From contig MEXN01000005.1 in the NCBI GenBank assembly GCA_001773695.1, positions 3,687-67,686 on the forward strand: 64,000 bases of DNA, read 5' to 3'. The notes under the pieces are model-generated. The model ran no database searches. It was given only the letters and a program-made list of their open reading frames with translations, and was not told the DNA's origin. Position numbers and translations under genes: made by a program. Of this stretch, positions 45,691 to 55,490 are shown one piece after another. Position 1 is the stretch's first letter, and every line of letters begins with the position of its first letter. The DNA comes from Candidatus Amesbacteria bacterium RIFCSPLOWO2_01_FULL_48_25. GTDB taxonomy: Bacteria; Patescibacteriota; Microgenomatia; CAZETR01; Amesbacteraceae.

Positions 45691-47723
45691 GGGGTGATTT
45701 TATCACCAGAGGGGGTTGCCTGCCTGCCGGCAGGCAGGGTGAGCTCTTCCAGGCGAACTTTTGGATCGTTGAAGTCCGGCTTTAAGTCGAGAGAAGCTTG
45801 GAAATACTGGCGGGCCAAATCCGGGTGGTCTAGGTAGATGGCTATGATACCGCGGTTGTAGGGAATACGGGGGTCGGTGGGGGAGATTTGTGTGGCCTTG
45901 GCTAAGGCCTCGTCTGCTTGGGCCAGGTACTTGGAGTCTAAGTCGGAAAGGAGAATAAACATGCGGGAGCGGTTTTTGAAGATGTTGGGATGATATGGGT
46001 TGACTGATGCGGCTTTGTCCGAGGCGGATATGGCCACTCTGGCGAGTTGGGAGGCGGAAGTAGGGTCGGACTCGTTTGAGGCCAAGGCCAAAAAGGCGGC
46101 GGTGACTGATAAATCTGAGGCGATGGAGGGTTCGGCGGGATTGCCTTCATATGCCTGGGTCAAAGATTGATAGGAGGAGAGCAGGTATTTTGGCTCCTGG
46201 GTGGCGGTGAAGGCGCGGAGATTATATGTGCCGGCGGCATAATCGACGTCGGCTAGCCAGTAGCGGGAGATAGCAAACAACAAATAGCAAACAGCAAATC
46301 CGGGAATAAATAACAAGAATATTTGGGGTTTCGAGATTTGGGTTGATTTGTGTTCTTGGGGTTCATTGTTTAGAGCGATGGCCATGGCGGGGAAGAGGAA
46401 CAAAAATATTTGGATAATGACGACGGAAAAGCCCCAGAAATTCGTGACGGATATAGAAAGCCAACCCGCAAACAAGGCGGTCAGTAACGCCCCCTCTGAG
46501 GGGGTGTTATTAAAAAAGCATCGAATCATAAAACCAAGCAAGACCAGGTAGGAGAGAAGGCCGAGTAAACCGGTATTGGCTAAGTAGTTTAGAAACTCAT
46601 TGTGGGCTTTGTTGTAGAGGAGTTCCCATTCGGTGGTGGTGTTGTGGGCCCGGGGCCGGTATTGATAGTAGGACATAGCAAATGTTTCCGGGCCGGTTCC
46701 TACTAGGAAGTTTTTGGTGCTGGCTTGCCAGATACTTAAGGCCCCGGACCAGACGATTTTTCTGATATTTCCGGATTCGGTGATGCCGCTGGTTTCCAGG
46801 GAAGTTTCGGTGGGGGAGGTCGTTTTGGTAGTGATGGGTGGGGGAGGAGAGGATTTAAATCTGGATTTCAGGAAATCTCCGGCGGGATTATTGATGGTGA
46901 GGGTGAGGGTGAGCGTGAGGGCTAAAAAGGCAAGAATTTTTAATTTTAAATTCGAAATTTTTAATGAATTTTTATTTTTTAAATTTTCAATTATTAAATT
47001 TCCCCAAAACAAGATTGATGATATGCCGAAGGCCATGAGGCCGGAGCGGGATTTGGTAAACAGTAATGCAGAAAAGTAAATAGTGAACAGTAAATAGTAA
47101 ATTGTAGGGAATTTTTTGGAAGATAAAATTTTGGAGAGGGGAACAAACATTAGGGCGACTAAATATGCGGCCATCCAGTTAGGCTGGCCCAATGTGGCAA
47201 AAACCCGGCCTTGGACATCTTGGACCCAGCAGGAAACGTCCCAGGTACCTGTCGTGAATACGCAGGATGGGGAGAAACCAAAATGCTCGAGAGTGCCGTA
47301 GATAGAAACAAGGGCGGAAGTGATCAGTGAATAGTTGATCAGTTTCAGGGTAGAGCGGCGGTCCATGTAGGTGACGTAGGCCCAATAGAGGAGGGAGTAA
47401 GCCAGTAATGATGCTAGACCTCCGTTAAATCTGGAATAGTAGCCGTGCCAGGAGACGTGGGTGGAAATAGAGAATAAGAGACTAAGAGATTGAGATATTA
47501 AGAAAATAAGAAGCGGCCAGTCTAGGGGGGTGCGCCTAAAAACGAATTTTTTTTGTAGAATGCAGTCGGCGAGCCAGGAGGAAACTATAACGGTTGTGAT
47601 GAGATAGGTGAGAATGATTTTATTAAATTCAAAAAGCTCGGAGGTGATTGAGAGGAAAAAGAGGGGGACGGAGAAGAAAAGAAGGTAAAACGACCAGCGG
47701 ATGATTCTACTTGGCCAGGACAT
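45687..47723 (-). CDS. O-antigen ligase (Wzy_C)-like polytopic membrane protein with C-terminal TPR domain; contains a short palindrome and an AT-rich low-complexity insert
   Basis: ~12 TM helices, loop 'GTGPETFAMSYYQYRP', C-terminal TPR-like 'ARQYFQASLDLKPDF'; start overlaps def stop. Confidence 0.6.
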   Translation of the reverse strand: MSWPSRIIRWSFYLLFFSVPLFFLSITSELFEFNKIILTYLITTVIVSSWLADCILQKKFVFRRTPLDWPLLIFLISQSLSLLFSISTHVSWHGYYSRFNGGLASLLAYSLLYWAYVTYMDRRSTLKLINYSLITSALVSIYGTLEHFGFSPSCVFTTGTWDVSCWVQDVQGRVFATLGQPNWMAAYLVALMFVPLSKILSSKKFPTIYYLLFTIYFSALLFTKSRSGLMAFGISSILFWGNLIIENLKNKNSLKISNLKLKILAFLALTLTLTLTINNPAGDFLKSRFKSSPPPPITTKTTSPTETSLETSGITESGNIRKIVWSGALSIWQASTKNFLVGTGPETFAMSYYQYRPRAHNTTTEWELLYNKAHNEFLNYLANTGLLGLLSYLVLLGFMIRCFFNNTPSEGALLTALFAGWLSISVTNFWGFSVVIIQIFLFLFPAMAIALNNEPQEHKSTQISKPQIFLLFIPGFAVCYLLFAISRYWLADVDYAAGTYNLRAFTATQEPKYLLSSYQSLTQAYEGNPAEPSIASDLSVTAAFLALASNESDPTSASQLARVAISASDKAASVNPYHPNIFKNRSRMFILLSDLDSKYLAQADEALAKATQISPTDPRIPYNRGIIAIYLDHPDLARQYFQASLDLKPDFNDPKVRLEELTLPAGRQATPSGDKITP

Positions 47724-47979
47724 GCTAATTAGTTTAGCATGTTGCCGTCTTTAATTTTGGGAAGCGATGGCCAGCGCCCCCAGGCCGAAAAGGGTAATGC
47801 CGCCTAGGCAATATACCCCAAGCATGGCGTCGGGAGAGATTTTGCCGGCCCCGATCTCGTAAACCTGGTTTAGGATGGCGGCCCCGGTGCCAATTGCTAG
47901 TGTAGCTATAGCTGCCAATTTGGTCCAAGAAGGGATATTCAATTTGGATTCGGGTTGATTTTCTGGGGGACGAATAGAC

Positions 47980-48447
47980 ATGTTATGTCATTATAACACT
48001 GACTATAGGATATGTCAAAAGAGATTGGATACTATAGGCTTGACATGGTGTTTGGTATGTGGTAGCCTTATATTTATGCCATACGGAAGCAATGAGGGTG
48101 ACCGATCTTTCGAAACTGTCGAACAGGCCAGGAATTCTGCCGTGGGATATGCAATGAGAGCTTTGGGATGGTTGGTTGGTTGTACTACACCCAAAAGAGA
48201 AGTAGATAATGCTGGAGACGAGAAGGCGGTGGTGTGGCAGGTAAAGGGAGAGAACGGGACGAAAAAATTCGTGAGAATCAGAGAAGATTTACATGATCCG
48301 AGTGGAAAAGTGGTGTTTGATGTAGAGACGTCTCAGAGTTCACCCAAGAGATCCACAAGTAAAGAGACCGTGCATTTTTTGGCTCAAGACTCTGATGCCG
48401 AAGCGGTTGCAGCAAAAAAATCAAGGAGACGGGGTAATGGCCAGTAG
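47980..48447 (+). CDS. hypothetical protein (155 aa)
   Basis: ORF only; overlaps next gene. Confidence 0.3.
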   Translation: MLCHYNTDYRICQKRLDTIGLTWCLVCGSLIFMPYGSNEGDRSFETVEQARNSAVGYAMRALGWLVGCTTPKREVDNAGDEKAVVWQVKGENGTKKFVRIREDLHDPSGKVVFDVETSQSSPKRSTSKETVHFLAQDSDAEAVAAKKSRRRGNGQ

Positions 48448-49330
48448 ATATGAGGTTTTTGAATTGTTATCAGGCATAGAATCATTGTCCCGCGAGCAGA
48501 GGGGAAATATAAGTCGAGTAAGTAAAAGAAAACTTCTTAATCAGGCCGGAACTACATATTTAGCAATGGTTGAGTACGAGTCTGGGAAAAAGGTAGAGGG
48601 GATTTGTAAAGAGTATGAGCGTGGCCAGGGAAGTGGGTGGTTGGAGGCGGCAACTAAGCAGGCGTTGGTCTTAAGCGCTTTGGAAATGCAGGATAATACT
48701 ACTGGAAAGTTGTTGGACGTGGTAGTGGGGGTAGATGAAAGTGACAGGGTTGATAAGGTTATGATAGTGCGGGGGAGGATTGAAGGTATGACACTCAGAG
48801 ATTTTGTTTCAGCAAGACCGCTTAGTGAAGTGAGAAGGCGCGTGGGAGTGTTGTTTTCCCAACTGGCACAAGTTTCTTCTGACGGAGTTTTGATTAATGT
48901 TGGTATGGCATATTGCGGTGACTTGTCCGCTCGAAATGTAATCGAGTCTGGGCGGGGATATGAGATTATTGAATGGGACGGGTTGCTTGGGCAGGGTGGG
49001 ATGTCAGATTTAACGGCCGGTTACGTGGCTCCGGAAGTGATTAATACAGAAGGTGCAGTGGCCGAGGTTCAGGCTGATACATATAGTCTGGGTTGTGTTT
49101 TGGCCAGGGCCTTAATCGGGCAGGAGAGATTTAGGAGTATAGTTCCAGTAGGAGATTTCGCTAAGTTTTTGACGTTTGATAAAATTAAAAATTTGGTTCC
49201 GCGTGAAGCTCACGATTTTTTTGCATTTACTTTGAGGAAGTCAAATAGAGACAGGGTGTTCTCGGGGGCTAGTAACCCAACGGTTCACTACCAGAGGTCG
49301 AAGGAATTGTTTATGGGACGGCTCAGTTAA
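48395..49330 (+). CDS. atypical eukaryotic-like protein-kinase-fold protein (HRD replaced by CGD, no obvious Gly-rich loop)
   Basis: 'YCGDLSARNVI' (cf. HRDLAARN), 'IEWDGL' (DFG-like), 'YVAPEV' (APE), 'DTYSLGCVLARALIG' (DxWSxG). Confidence 0.5.
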   Translation: MPKRLQQKNQGDGVMASRYEVFELLSGIESLSREQRGNISRVSKRKLLNQAGTTYLAMVEYESGKKVEGICKEYERGQGSGWLEAATKQALVLSALEMQDNTTGKLLDVVVGVDESDRVDKVMIVRGRIEGMTLRDFVSARPLSEVRRRVGVLFSQLAQVSSDGVLINVGMAYCGDLSARNVIESGRGYEIIEWDGLLGQGGMSDLTAGYVAPEVINTEGAVAEVQADTYSLGCVLARALIGQERFRSIVPVGDFAKFLTFDKIKNLVPREAHDFFAFTLRKSNRDRVFSGASNPTVHYQRSKELFMGRLS

Positions 49331-49332
49331 AA

Positions 49333-50157
49333 TTATTCAGATTGGCTGGAGGCAAGGTTGATGATGCGGACGGAGTGGCCGGTGGGGTGAGCTAAGATGT
49401 GTTTGGTTGCCGATTTTTCGGCTTCTACTTTTGCGTTTAGTAATATCTGGGGCTCATTGGGGTCTGGGGTTTGTCCACAATAGCGAACAAGTAGGAGGAA
49501 CAAATGCAGGCCGCGGCCGCGGTCGCATTTTTGACAGAAGACCATTACTCCAATGGCCGTTCCCCTCAATATTTCTTCGTCTTTTATTGTTGATGAATCT
49601 GTATCGTATGCAGGTGGAAAATCACATGGGGGAGGCCCTTCTTTGCTAAACTTGCTTCTTCGGGTCCAGTGGTGTCCTTTCATAGCTTATTAGGAGTTAT
49701 CGTCGGGGCTGGCGTAGGGTTCACCACCTTTTAACATGTGGTGGTTCCAGTTTTGGTGTTGGGGAAGATCTGCTAGTATGAACGTTCTCGCATCTAGTTT
49801 TAGGTTTGTGATTGCATCTCTATCTGCTAGTATAATCCGGCAAATTAATTGCTCAGCCTGATCGACGACGTTGGGTAGTTTGGCAGGCCGGGTGTGAGTG
49901 GGGAGGTTTTTTTCTGAGTCGGGGACGGGGAAGAAGAGGCAGTGGGGACCAGTACATTCACCGGAGCGATCGTGAGGGCATTGGAAGGGAAGAATTAGTA
50001 GATTTTTTCGTTGGCTAAGTTGGCGGGCGGAATTCCAGAGTTCGCAGGCCATGGGAGAGATTATAGCCGTCATACTCGAGTTCGCCAATGGCGGACAAGA
50101 GTTGGCGGATATATGACCAACGCAGTTTGCTACTGCAAACTGGAATACGTTGGGCAT
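49333..50157 (-). other. two adjacent Cys-containing ORFs (49690..50157 and 49333..49683) possibly one disrupted gene
   Basis: same strand, 7-nt gap; C-x2-C and scattered Cys/His; no confident family. Confidence 0.25.
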
Positions 50158-50182
50158 ATATATGATATATTGCGAGTGAGTT

Positions 50183-51238
50183 ATGTTTGATTACTTTTTC
50201 GGGTTGCTTTCGCATGACGTGGGGATTGATTTGGGGACGGCCAATACTCTGGTGCATGTCAAAGGCCGGGGGATTGTAATTCGCGAGCCGTCGGTTGTGG
50301 CTCGGCACAGAAAGACCCATCAGGTGTTGGCTATTGGTGAGGAGGCCAAAAAAATGCTGGGGCGGACGCCAGCTACAATTGAAGCCTTAAGGCCACTTAA
50401 AGACGGAGTGATTGCCGATTTTGATGCGACTGAGGCGATGCTGTCATACTACATCAGACTGGTGCATGAGTCGGGGCGGCTTATTCCTAGGATTCCCAAG
50501 CCCAGGGTGGTTATTGGAATTCCCTCGGGTGTGACCGAAGTGGAGAGGCGGGCGGTGCAGGAAGCGGCGCTTAGCGCCGGGGCCAGACAATGTTTTTTGA
50601 TTGAGGAGCCGATGGCGGCGGCTATCGGGGCGCAGTTGCCTATTGATGATGCTGGGGGGGTGATGGTGGTTGATATTGGCGGTGGGACGAGCGAGATGGC
50701 GGTAATTTCCTTGGGAGGGATAGTCTTGAACAAGTCGATCAGGATTGCCGGTGATGAGATGGACGAGGCGATTATCCACTATGTGAGGCTGAAATATAAT
50801 GTACTTTTGGGAGAGCGGACGGCGGAGGATGTGAAGTTTTCTTTAGGCAACGCCCATGTGTCTGCTTTTGAGAACCAAGTGAAGTATATGGTTGTTCGTG
50901 GGCGGGATTTGGAGAGCGGGCTTCCTAGAAGCCTAAAGATTACTTCAGACGAGATCCGAGAAGCGCTGATGCCAACTTTAAGAGAGATTACGTCGGCTGT
51001 TGCTGATTTGATTGAGGTGACTCCGCCGGAACTGGTGGCGGATGTATTGGAGCGGGGAATTGTGATGGCCGGAGGGGGGAGCATGATTGCCGGAATGAGT
51101 AAGCTAATGGAGGACGAGACGCGGATGCCGGTATATGTGGCGGACGATCCGATGACGGCTGTCGTTCGGGGGTGTGGCATGGTGTTGGAGGACGAGCAGC
51201 TTCTTAAAAGAGTGAGAGTGGTGGGAGGACTGAGATAG
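50183..51238 (+). CDS. mreB: rod-shape-determining actin homolog MreB
   Basis: 'VGIDLGTANTLV', 'VVDIGGGTSEMAVISLGG', actin-fold phosphate loops. Confidence 0.9.
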   Translation: MFDYFFGLLSHDVGIDLGTANTLVHVKGRGIVIREPSVVARHRKTHQVLAIGEEAKKMLGRTPATIEALRPLKDGVIADFDATEAMLSYYIRLVHESGRLIPRIPKPRVVIGIPSGVTEVERRAVQEAALSAGARQCFLIEEPMAAAIGAQLPIDDAGGVMVVDIGGGTSEMAVISLGGIVLNKSIRIAGDEMDEAIIHYVRLKYNVLLGERTAEDVKFSLGNAHVSAFENQVKYMVVRGRDLESGLPRSLKITSDEIREALMPTLREITSAVADLIEVTPPELVADVLERGIVMAGGGSMIAGMSKLMEDETRMPVYVADDPMTAVVRGCGMVLEDEQLLKRVRVVGGLR

Positions 51239-51278
51239 CAAATTGACCTAATTGACCTAATTGATCTAATGTCTAAGT

Positions 51279-52904
51279 ATGCGTAAATTCAGGCCGGGGT
51301 TGAGTTTTTCCGATTTTGTACAGCGGGGGGGGAAGGTATGGAAATTTAGGGCCGAGGAGCAGAGAGATTACCGGAGGGGATGGTTGGTGTGGCTGGGGGT
51401 TGTCGTGGTGTTTGGAGTATTGGGAGTACGACTTACCGGCTTGACGGTATTTTCAGGTGGAAAGTATCGGGTACTGGCGGATGAGAACCGGATTTCTAGG
51501 ATTAGGCTGCCGGCGCCCAGGGGAAAAATTTTGGATAGGAACGGAGTAGAGTTGCTCCGAGACGAGGCGACCGCGCACGTGGTGGGTTATGTGGGGGAGG
51601 TAAGCGAAGATGAGGTAGGGCTTTTGAAAGAAAAGGGGGCCAAATACACTCCTGGAAGTTTGATTGGCAGATCAGGGATAGAAGCTCAGTACGAAGAAAC
51701 TTTGCGGGGGGTGGATGGGGGGAGGCTGGTGGAGGTGGATAACGTAGGTGAGGCAGCCCGCGAGTTGGGCAGGCGGGAGCCGGTAGCGGGGACTGATTTG
51801 CGGTTATCAATAGACGCTGGCCTACAGGAAATAGCATATAAGTCATTAAATGGTCAAAAGGGGGCGGCGGCGGTTTCTGATCCGAGGACGGGAGAAATAT
51901 TGGCGCTGGTGTCGTCGCCGTCGTTTGATCCAAACGAGATTAGTACTAAGTATGAAGTACTAAGTGCAAAGGCGGACTTACCTTTTTTCAACCGGGCGAT
52001 TGGCGGTGTATATGCGCCGGGGTCGACTTTTAAGATAGTAACGACCACGGCAGCCCTTGAGTCGGGGAATGTCGAACCGGATTTTGTGTTTGAGGACCGG
52101 GGAGTGATAACCGTGGGTAGTTTTAGCTACACCAACTGGTTGTTTACCAAACGGGGGGGAATAGAAGGGGTGGTGGGATTTGATCGGGCTTTGACCCGCT
52201 CAACGGATACATTTTTTTATAAGGTGGGGGAGTTGACAGGGCCGGAAATCATAGTCGAGTGGGCCAAGAAAATGGGGTTGGGGGAGAAAACCGGGATTGA
52301 TTTGCCCGGAGAAGTGGCTGGATTGGTGCCGGACCCAACGGCTGGCTCAGGGCAAGGCTGGTATTTGGGGAACACGTATCACTTGGCGATTGGGCAAGAA
52401 GACTTGCTGGCGACGCCGTTGCAGATTAATGTGATGACTAATATTATTGCTTCGAACGGAAAGAAATGTAAGCCTAGGCTGGTTAATACCGCCCTCTCCA
52501 GTCCCCCTCCTAAATTAGGAGGGGGAAGTAAGGGGGAGGTATGTAGCGAGGTTAAGATTTCATCCGAAACCCTTGAAATTATTAAAAAGGGGATGGTGGG
52601 GGCGTGCAGTACCGGGGGAACGAGCTTTGTGATGTTTGATTGGAATGCGTCGGAGTCGTTTCCGAAGATTGCTTGTAAGACGGGGACCGCTGAGTATGTG
52701 GCCCAGAACGGCCGGATAAAAACCCACGCTTGGCTGACGGCCTTTGCTCCGGCTGATAACCCCGTGATTTCGGCTACGGTAGTGTTTGAGGGCGGGGGGG
52801 AAGGATCCAATGTGGCAGCGCCGGCGGTCCGGAAAATATTTGCTAAATATTTTGGGGTGGAAGACACTTATCCTTACGGGGCGATTAGGGGGGAGGGAGA
52901 ATAA
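51279..52904 (+). CDS. mrdA: penicillin-binding protein 2 (class B transpeptidase) with in-frame palindromic insertion
   Basis: N-terminal TM, dimerisation domain, transpeptidase motifs 'STFKIV' (SxxK), 'SNG'-like 'ASNG', 'KTGTA'. Confidence 0.85.
   Translation: MRKFRPGLSFSDFVQRGGKVWKFRAEEQRDYRRGWLVWLGVVVVFGVLGVRLTGLTVFSGGKYRVLADENRISRIRLPAPRGKILDRNGVELLRDEATAHVVGYVGEVSEDEVGLLKEKGAKYTPGSLIGRSGIEAQYEETLRGVDGGRLVEVDNVGEAARELGRREPVAGTDLRLSIDAGLQEIAYKSLNGQKGAAAVSDPRTGEILALVSSPSFDPNEISTKYEVLSAKADLPFFNRAIGGVYAPGSTFKIVTTTAALESGNVEPDFVFEDRGVITVGSFSYTNWLFTKRGGIEGVVGFDRALTRSTDTFFYKVGELTGPEIIVEWAKKMGLGEKTGIDLPGEVAGLVPDPTAGSGQGWYLGNTYHLAIGQEDLLATPLQINVMTNIIASNGKKCKPRLVNTALSSPPPKLGGGSKGEVCSEVKISSETLEIIKKGMVGACSTGGTSFVMFDWNASESFPKIACKTGTAEYVAQNGRIKTHAWLTAFAPADNPVISATVVFEGGGEGSNVAAPAVRKIFAKYFGVEDTYPYGAIRGEGE
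52497..52540. repeat. GC-rich palindromic element inside mrdA (CCCCCTCCTAA-A-TTAGGAGGGGG), in frame, encodes SPPPKLGGGSKGE
   Basis: seen directly. Confidence 0.8.
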
Positions 52905-52905
52905 A

Positions 52906-54138
52906 TTACCGGCAGACGCAATATGTCCATCTGGTGAGTTGGTTTGATGTGGACCCTTTTGAACAATAGTTTGATAAGAATGAACTGGTCATTAAAGTGG
53001 CACAGTTCCCACCTTCTGTGACGCAGTCGTAATTTACATAACATGACGATGGAGAGAATGGACAGTTGAGGTCGGCGGGGTCGGAGTATCCGGGAATTAT
53101 GATATCAACGCAAGAGAGGCCACGGCTGCTGCAGATCATGGCACAGGAATCGCCAGTGCCTGCGTTGAGTATCGGAGCGAGGGTGGGGGTGGGGGGAATG
53201 GGGGTGGGGGTGACCACATTAATAACATAACTTGCAAACGGTCCGGGACAGCGATAAACGGGTGGTCCACTAACACAGTCGCTGTTCCCTCGACATTCCG
53301 CAATACCATCATTCCATGCTCGGCAATCGATGACATATCTACCGCCAACCGTGGGAGTCCATGTGAATGACACGTTCCCCGGTCCGCCCGGTGAATCTTG
53401 CCAGAAATTCTGTGTCGCGCAATTATTACTTGTTACTGCCGTTCCCCTGCTGGTTACCGGTCCGTTGTAGTTTTCGTAAGTGAAAGTGTACGTCGCTGGA
53501 TTTCCTAGCACTATTGTTGAAGGTCCAGTCACATTCTTGCAATTGGGATATGGGGGTAGGGTTGGGGTGGGGGTGGGGGGGGACGAAAGACATTGGCAGA
53601 TGAGGGAGGAGATGCAGTAGGGTTGGTTTGGAGATGTGCAGTTGTTTTCAACCACTGATCCTATGTCGCACTGGCAGGTGTTTGGAGGAAGAAATGAGGT
53701 GGGGGTGGGGGGAATGGAAGTGGGTGGTGGGGTAGTGGGGACTCGGGTGGCTGTGGGTGGGGGAGGTGGGAAGGTCGGTTGGGGGGGGGAAGACGAGAAA
53801 CCTGAGGTAAAGGAAGGGATTTGGTAAGAGATGAGGTTGATCCCAAAAAACTGGGAGGCGAGGCGGATGATGAGTAAAATACATAAAAGAATGGTCAGAC
53901 CTACGAGAGCAGAAATGAGCCTTTTTCTGGCTTGACCCAGAGCTTCTTTGTCACCTCCAGCGGTTAAAAATTGATAGCCTCCCCAGATGAGCATGAACAG
54001 AAAGACAATGCCGCCGATTATGAGTGCCAGGGTGAGGACGGCCTGAAAGATGTTGGAGAGAATCGTTCCCAGCTTGTCTAATCCTAGCTGACCTAAGGCT
54101 GGAGTTAGAATTGGGTTTACCAGGGCAAATAGAGGCAT
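52906..54138 (-). CDS. fusion protein: N-terminal VirB2/TrbC-like (T4SS-pilin-like) two-TM hairpin domain + Pro/Thr linker + Cys-rich C-terminal domains
   Basis: 'ALIIGGIVFLFMLIWGGYQFLTAGGDKEALGQARKRLISALVGLTILLCILLII' two hydrophobic helices separated by charged loop; long PTPT linker; ~30 Cys in C-terminal half. Confidence 0.55.
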   Translation of the reverse strand: MPLFALVNPILTPALGQLGLDKLGTILSNIFQAVLTLALIIGGIVFLFMLIWGGYQFLTAGGDKEALGQARKRLISALVGLTILLCILLIIRLASQFFGINLISYQIPSFTSGFSSSPPQPTFPPPPPTATRVPTTPPPTSIPPTPTSFLPPNTCQCDIGSVVENNCTSPNQPYCISSLICQCLSSPPTPTPTLPPYPNCKNVTGPSTIVLGNPATYTFTYENYNGPVTSRGTAVTSNNCATQNFWQDSPGGPGNVSFTWTPTVGGRYVIDCRAWNDGIAECRGNSDCVSGPPVYRCPGPFASYVINVVTPTPIPPTPTLAPILNAGTGDSCAMICSSRGLSCVDIIIPGYSDPADLNCPFSPSSCYVNYDCVTEGGNCATLMTSSFLSNYCSKGSTSNQLTRWTYCVCR

Positions 54139-54150
54139 ATTATTGATTGC

Positions 54151-55467
54151 TTATTGGCAGCGACAATAGGTCCAGTCTACGAAGTGTCCAGTGCAGACAA
54201 CGTAACCACCGGCGATTTGTGGCTGTCTAGTTAGTGTGGTGTTGCAACTAGCCGGTTGACTGTATGAACAAGAGAAGCCGCTAAGTGTGTTGTAAGTTCC
54301 TCCGGTTCCGGTAGCATTGGTTCCGATGTCGATACATGTCCTGCCGGAATTGCCGCAAACCGTGTTACAAGATTGAGAGATGCCAGGCGCTGGTTCATTG
54401 AGAACCACGACGGGAACTGGGGTAGGGGTGGAAGTGGGGACGGAACATGGGCGGATTCCGGTACAGGAAGTACTGCTAACAGGACTTTCTAAGGCTTGCC
54501 TGTAGGCTGTGGCCGTGTAGGTATAACTAGTTCCACAAATGGCAGTGAAATCCGGATAAGTGAATGTTTGTCCAGTGCCGATGAGGGGATTGGGATTGTC
54601 GAATAGTCTGAATGCTAGGTCGTTTCTGTATATCCTGAACCCGTCTTCGTCTGTGGAGTTGTCTCTAAAGGTGACAGAAATTCTGTCTGTGAGATTTGTT
54701 GAGCAAGAGACCATGGTTGGAGCGATTAGGGGTGCGAGGGTGGGGGTGGGGGAGGGGCCGGAGCCGCCGCATTTACAGTTTGTCCATTGAGTGGGTCTCC
54801 CTTCGCAAATACCGCCGTCGCTATTTAAGTTGAGTGTGCATACATTTGTACCACCGAAGGCTAATTGGTCTGCGCATGTGCCGCCTACGAAAGCTCTCCT
54901 GGCACCATTCTCACCTGCAGCGTCCGTCCCTCTGCTCACGCAGGTGTACCCCCTGCTTGTACAAGCAGTTTGACAATTGCCCGAAGCGTTTATGGGGACT
55001 ATTGATATGAAGGAGGGGGTGGGGGTGGGCGCGCCTGGGGTTGGGGTGGGAGTGGGGTTTAATATGTCAATCGTCGGGGTGGGCGTGCTGCCGCCGGGGA
55101 AGGTGGGGAGGGGAATGAAAGCACCCGGGCCTTCTGAGAAAGTGGGGAGTTGGAAAGCCAAGAGGTTGACGCCAAAGAACTGGGAGGCGAGGCGGGTGAT
55201 GACCAGGATGCATAAAAGGATGATGATGCCAATAAGGGCGGAGGTGAGGCGTTTACTGGCCATGCCCATTTTTTCTTTGTCCCCTGCTGATGTCAAGAAC
55301 TCGTACCCGCCCCAGATGAGCATGAAAAAAAAGATGACAGCGCCTAGGGTGAGCGCTATGGAAAGAATTGCCTGGAGGAAGTTGGAGACGGTTGGTCCTA
55401 TCTTGTCGACTCCTAGCTGACCTAAGGCTGGGTCCAGGATGGGGTTTATGAAGGCGAAGAAGGGCAT
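54151..55467 (-). CDS. paralog of 52906..54138: VirB2/TrbC-like pilin N-domain fused to a different Cys-rich C-terminal region
   Basis: N-terminal 110 aa ~65% identical to neighbour ('MPFFAFINPILDPALGQLGVDKIG...MLIWGGYEFLTSAGDKEKMG'); divergent C-terminus. Confidence 0.55.
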   Translation of the reverse strand: MPFFAFINPILDPALGQLGVDKIGPTVSNFLQAILSIALTLGAVIFFFMLIWGGYEFLTSAGDKEKMGMASKRLTSALIGIIILLCILVITRLASQFFGVNLLAFQLPTFSEGPGAFIPLPTFPGGSTPTPTIDILNPTPTPTPGAPTPTPSFISIVPINASGNCQTACTSRGYTCVSRGTDAAGENGARRAFVGGTCADQLAFGGTNVCTLNLNSDGGICEGRPTQWTNCKCGGSGPSPTPTLAPLIAPTMVSCSTNLTDRISVTFRDNSTDEDGFRIYRNDLAFRLFDNPNPLIGTGQTFTYPDFTAICGTSYTYTATAYRQALESPVSSTSCTGIRPCSVPTSTPTPVPVVVLNEPAPGISQSCNTVCGNSGRTCIDIGTNATGTGGTYNTLSGFSCSYSQPASCNTTLTRQPQIAGGYVVCTGHFVDWTYCRCQ

Positions 55468-55490
55468 AGGGCGACTAATGCTACAATAGC

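Noticed and set aside
46925-47010. AT-rich stretch inside the O-antigen-ligase-like gene (…TTTTAATTTTAAATTCGAAATTTTTAATGAATTTTTATTTTTTAAATTTTC…)
   Set aside because: Reads through in frame as a Lys/Asn/Leu-rich loop (KNKNSLKISNLKLKIL). Shares only a 12-mer (AATTTCGAATTT) with folD. Evidence is too thin to call it a third repeat family, so it is mentioned only here.
53636-55420. Plus-strand ORFs 53636..53827 and 54977..55420 (Gly/Val-rich)
   Set aside because: Antisense to the PT-linker and Cys-rich regions of the two pilin-fusion genes. Compositional artefacts.
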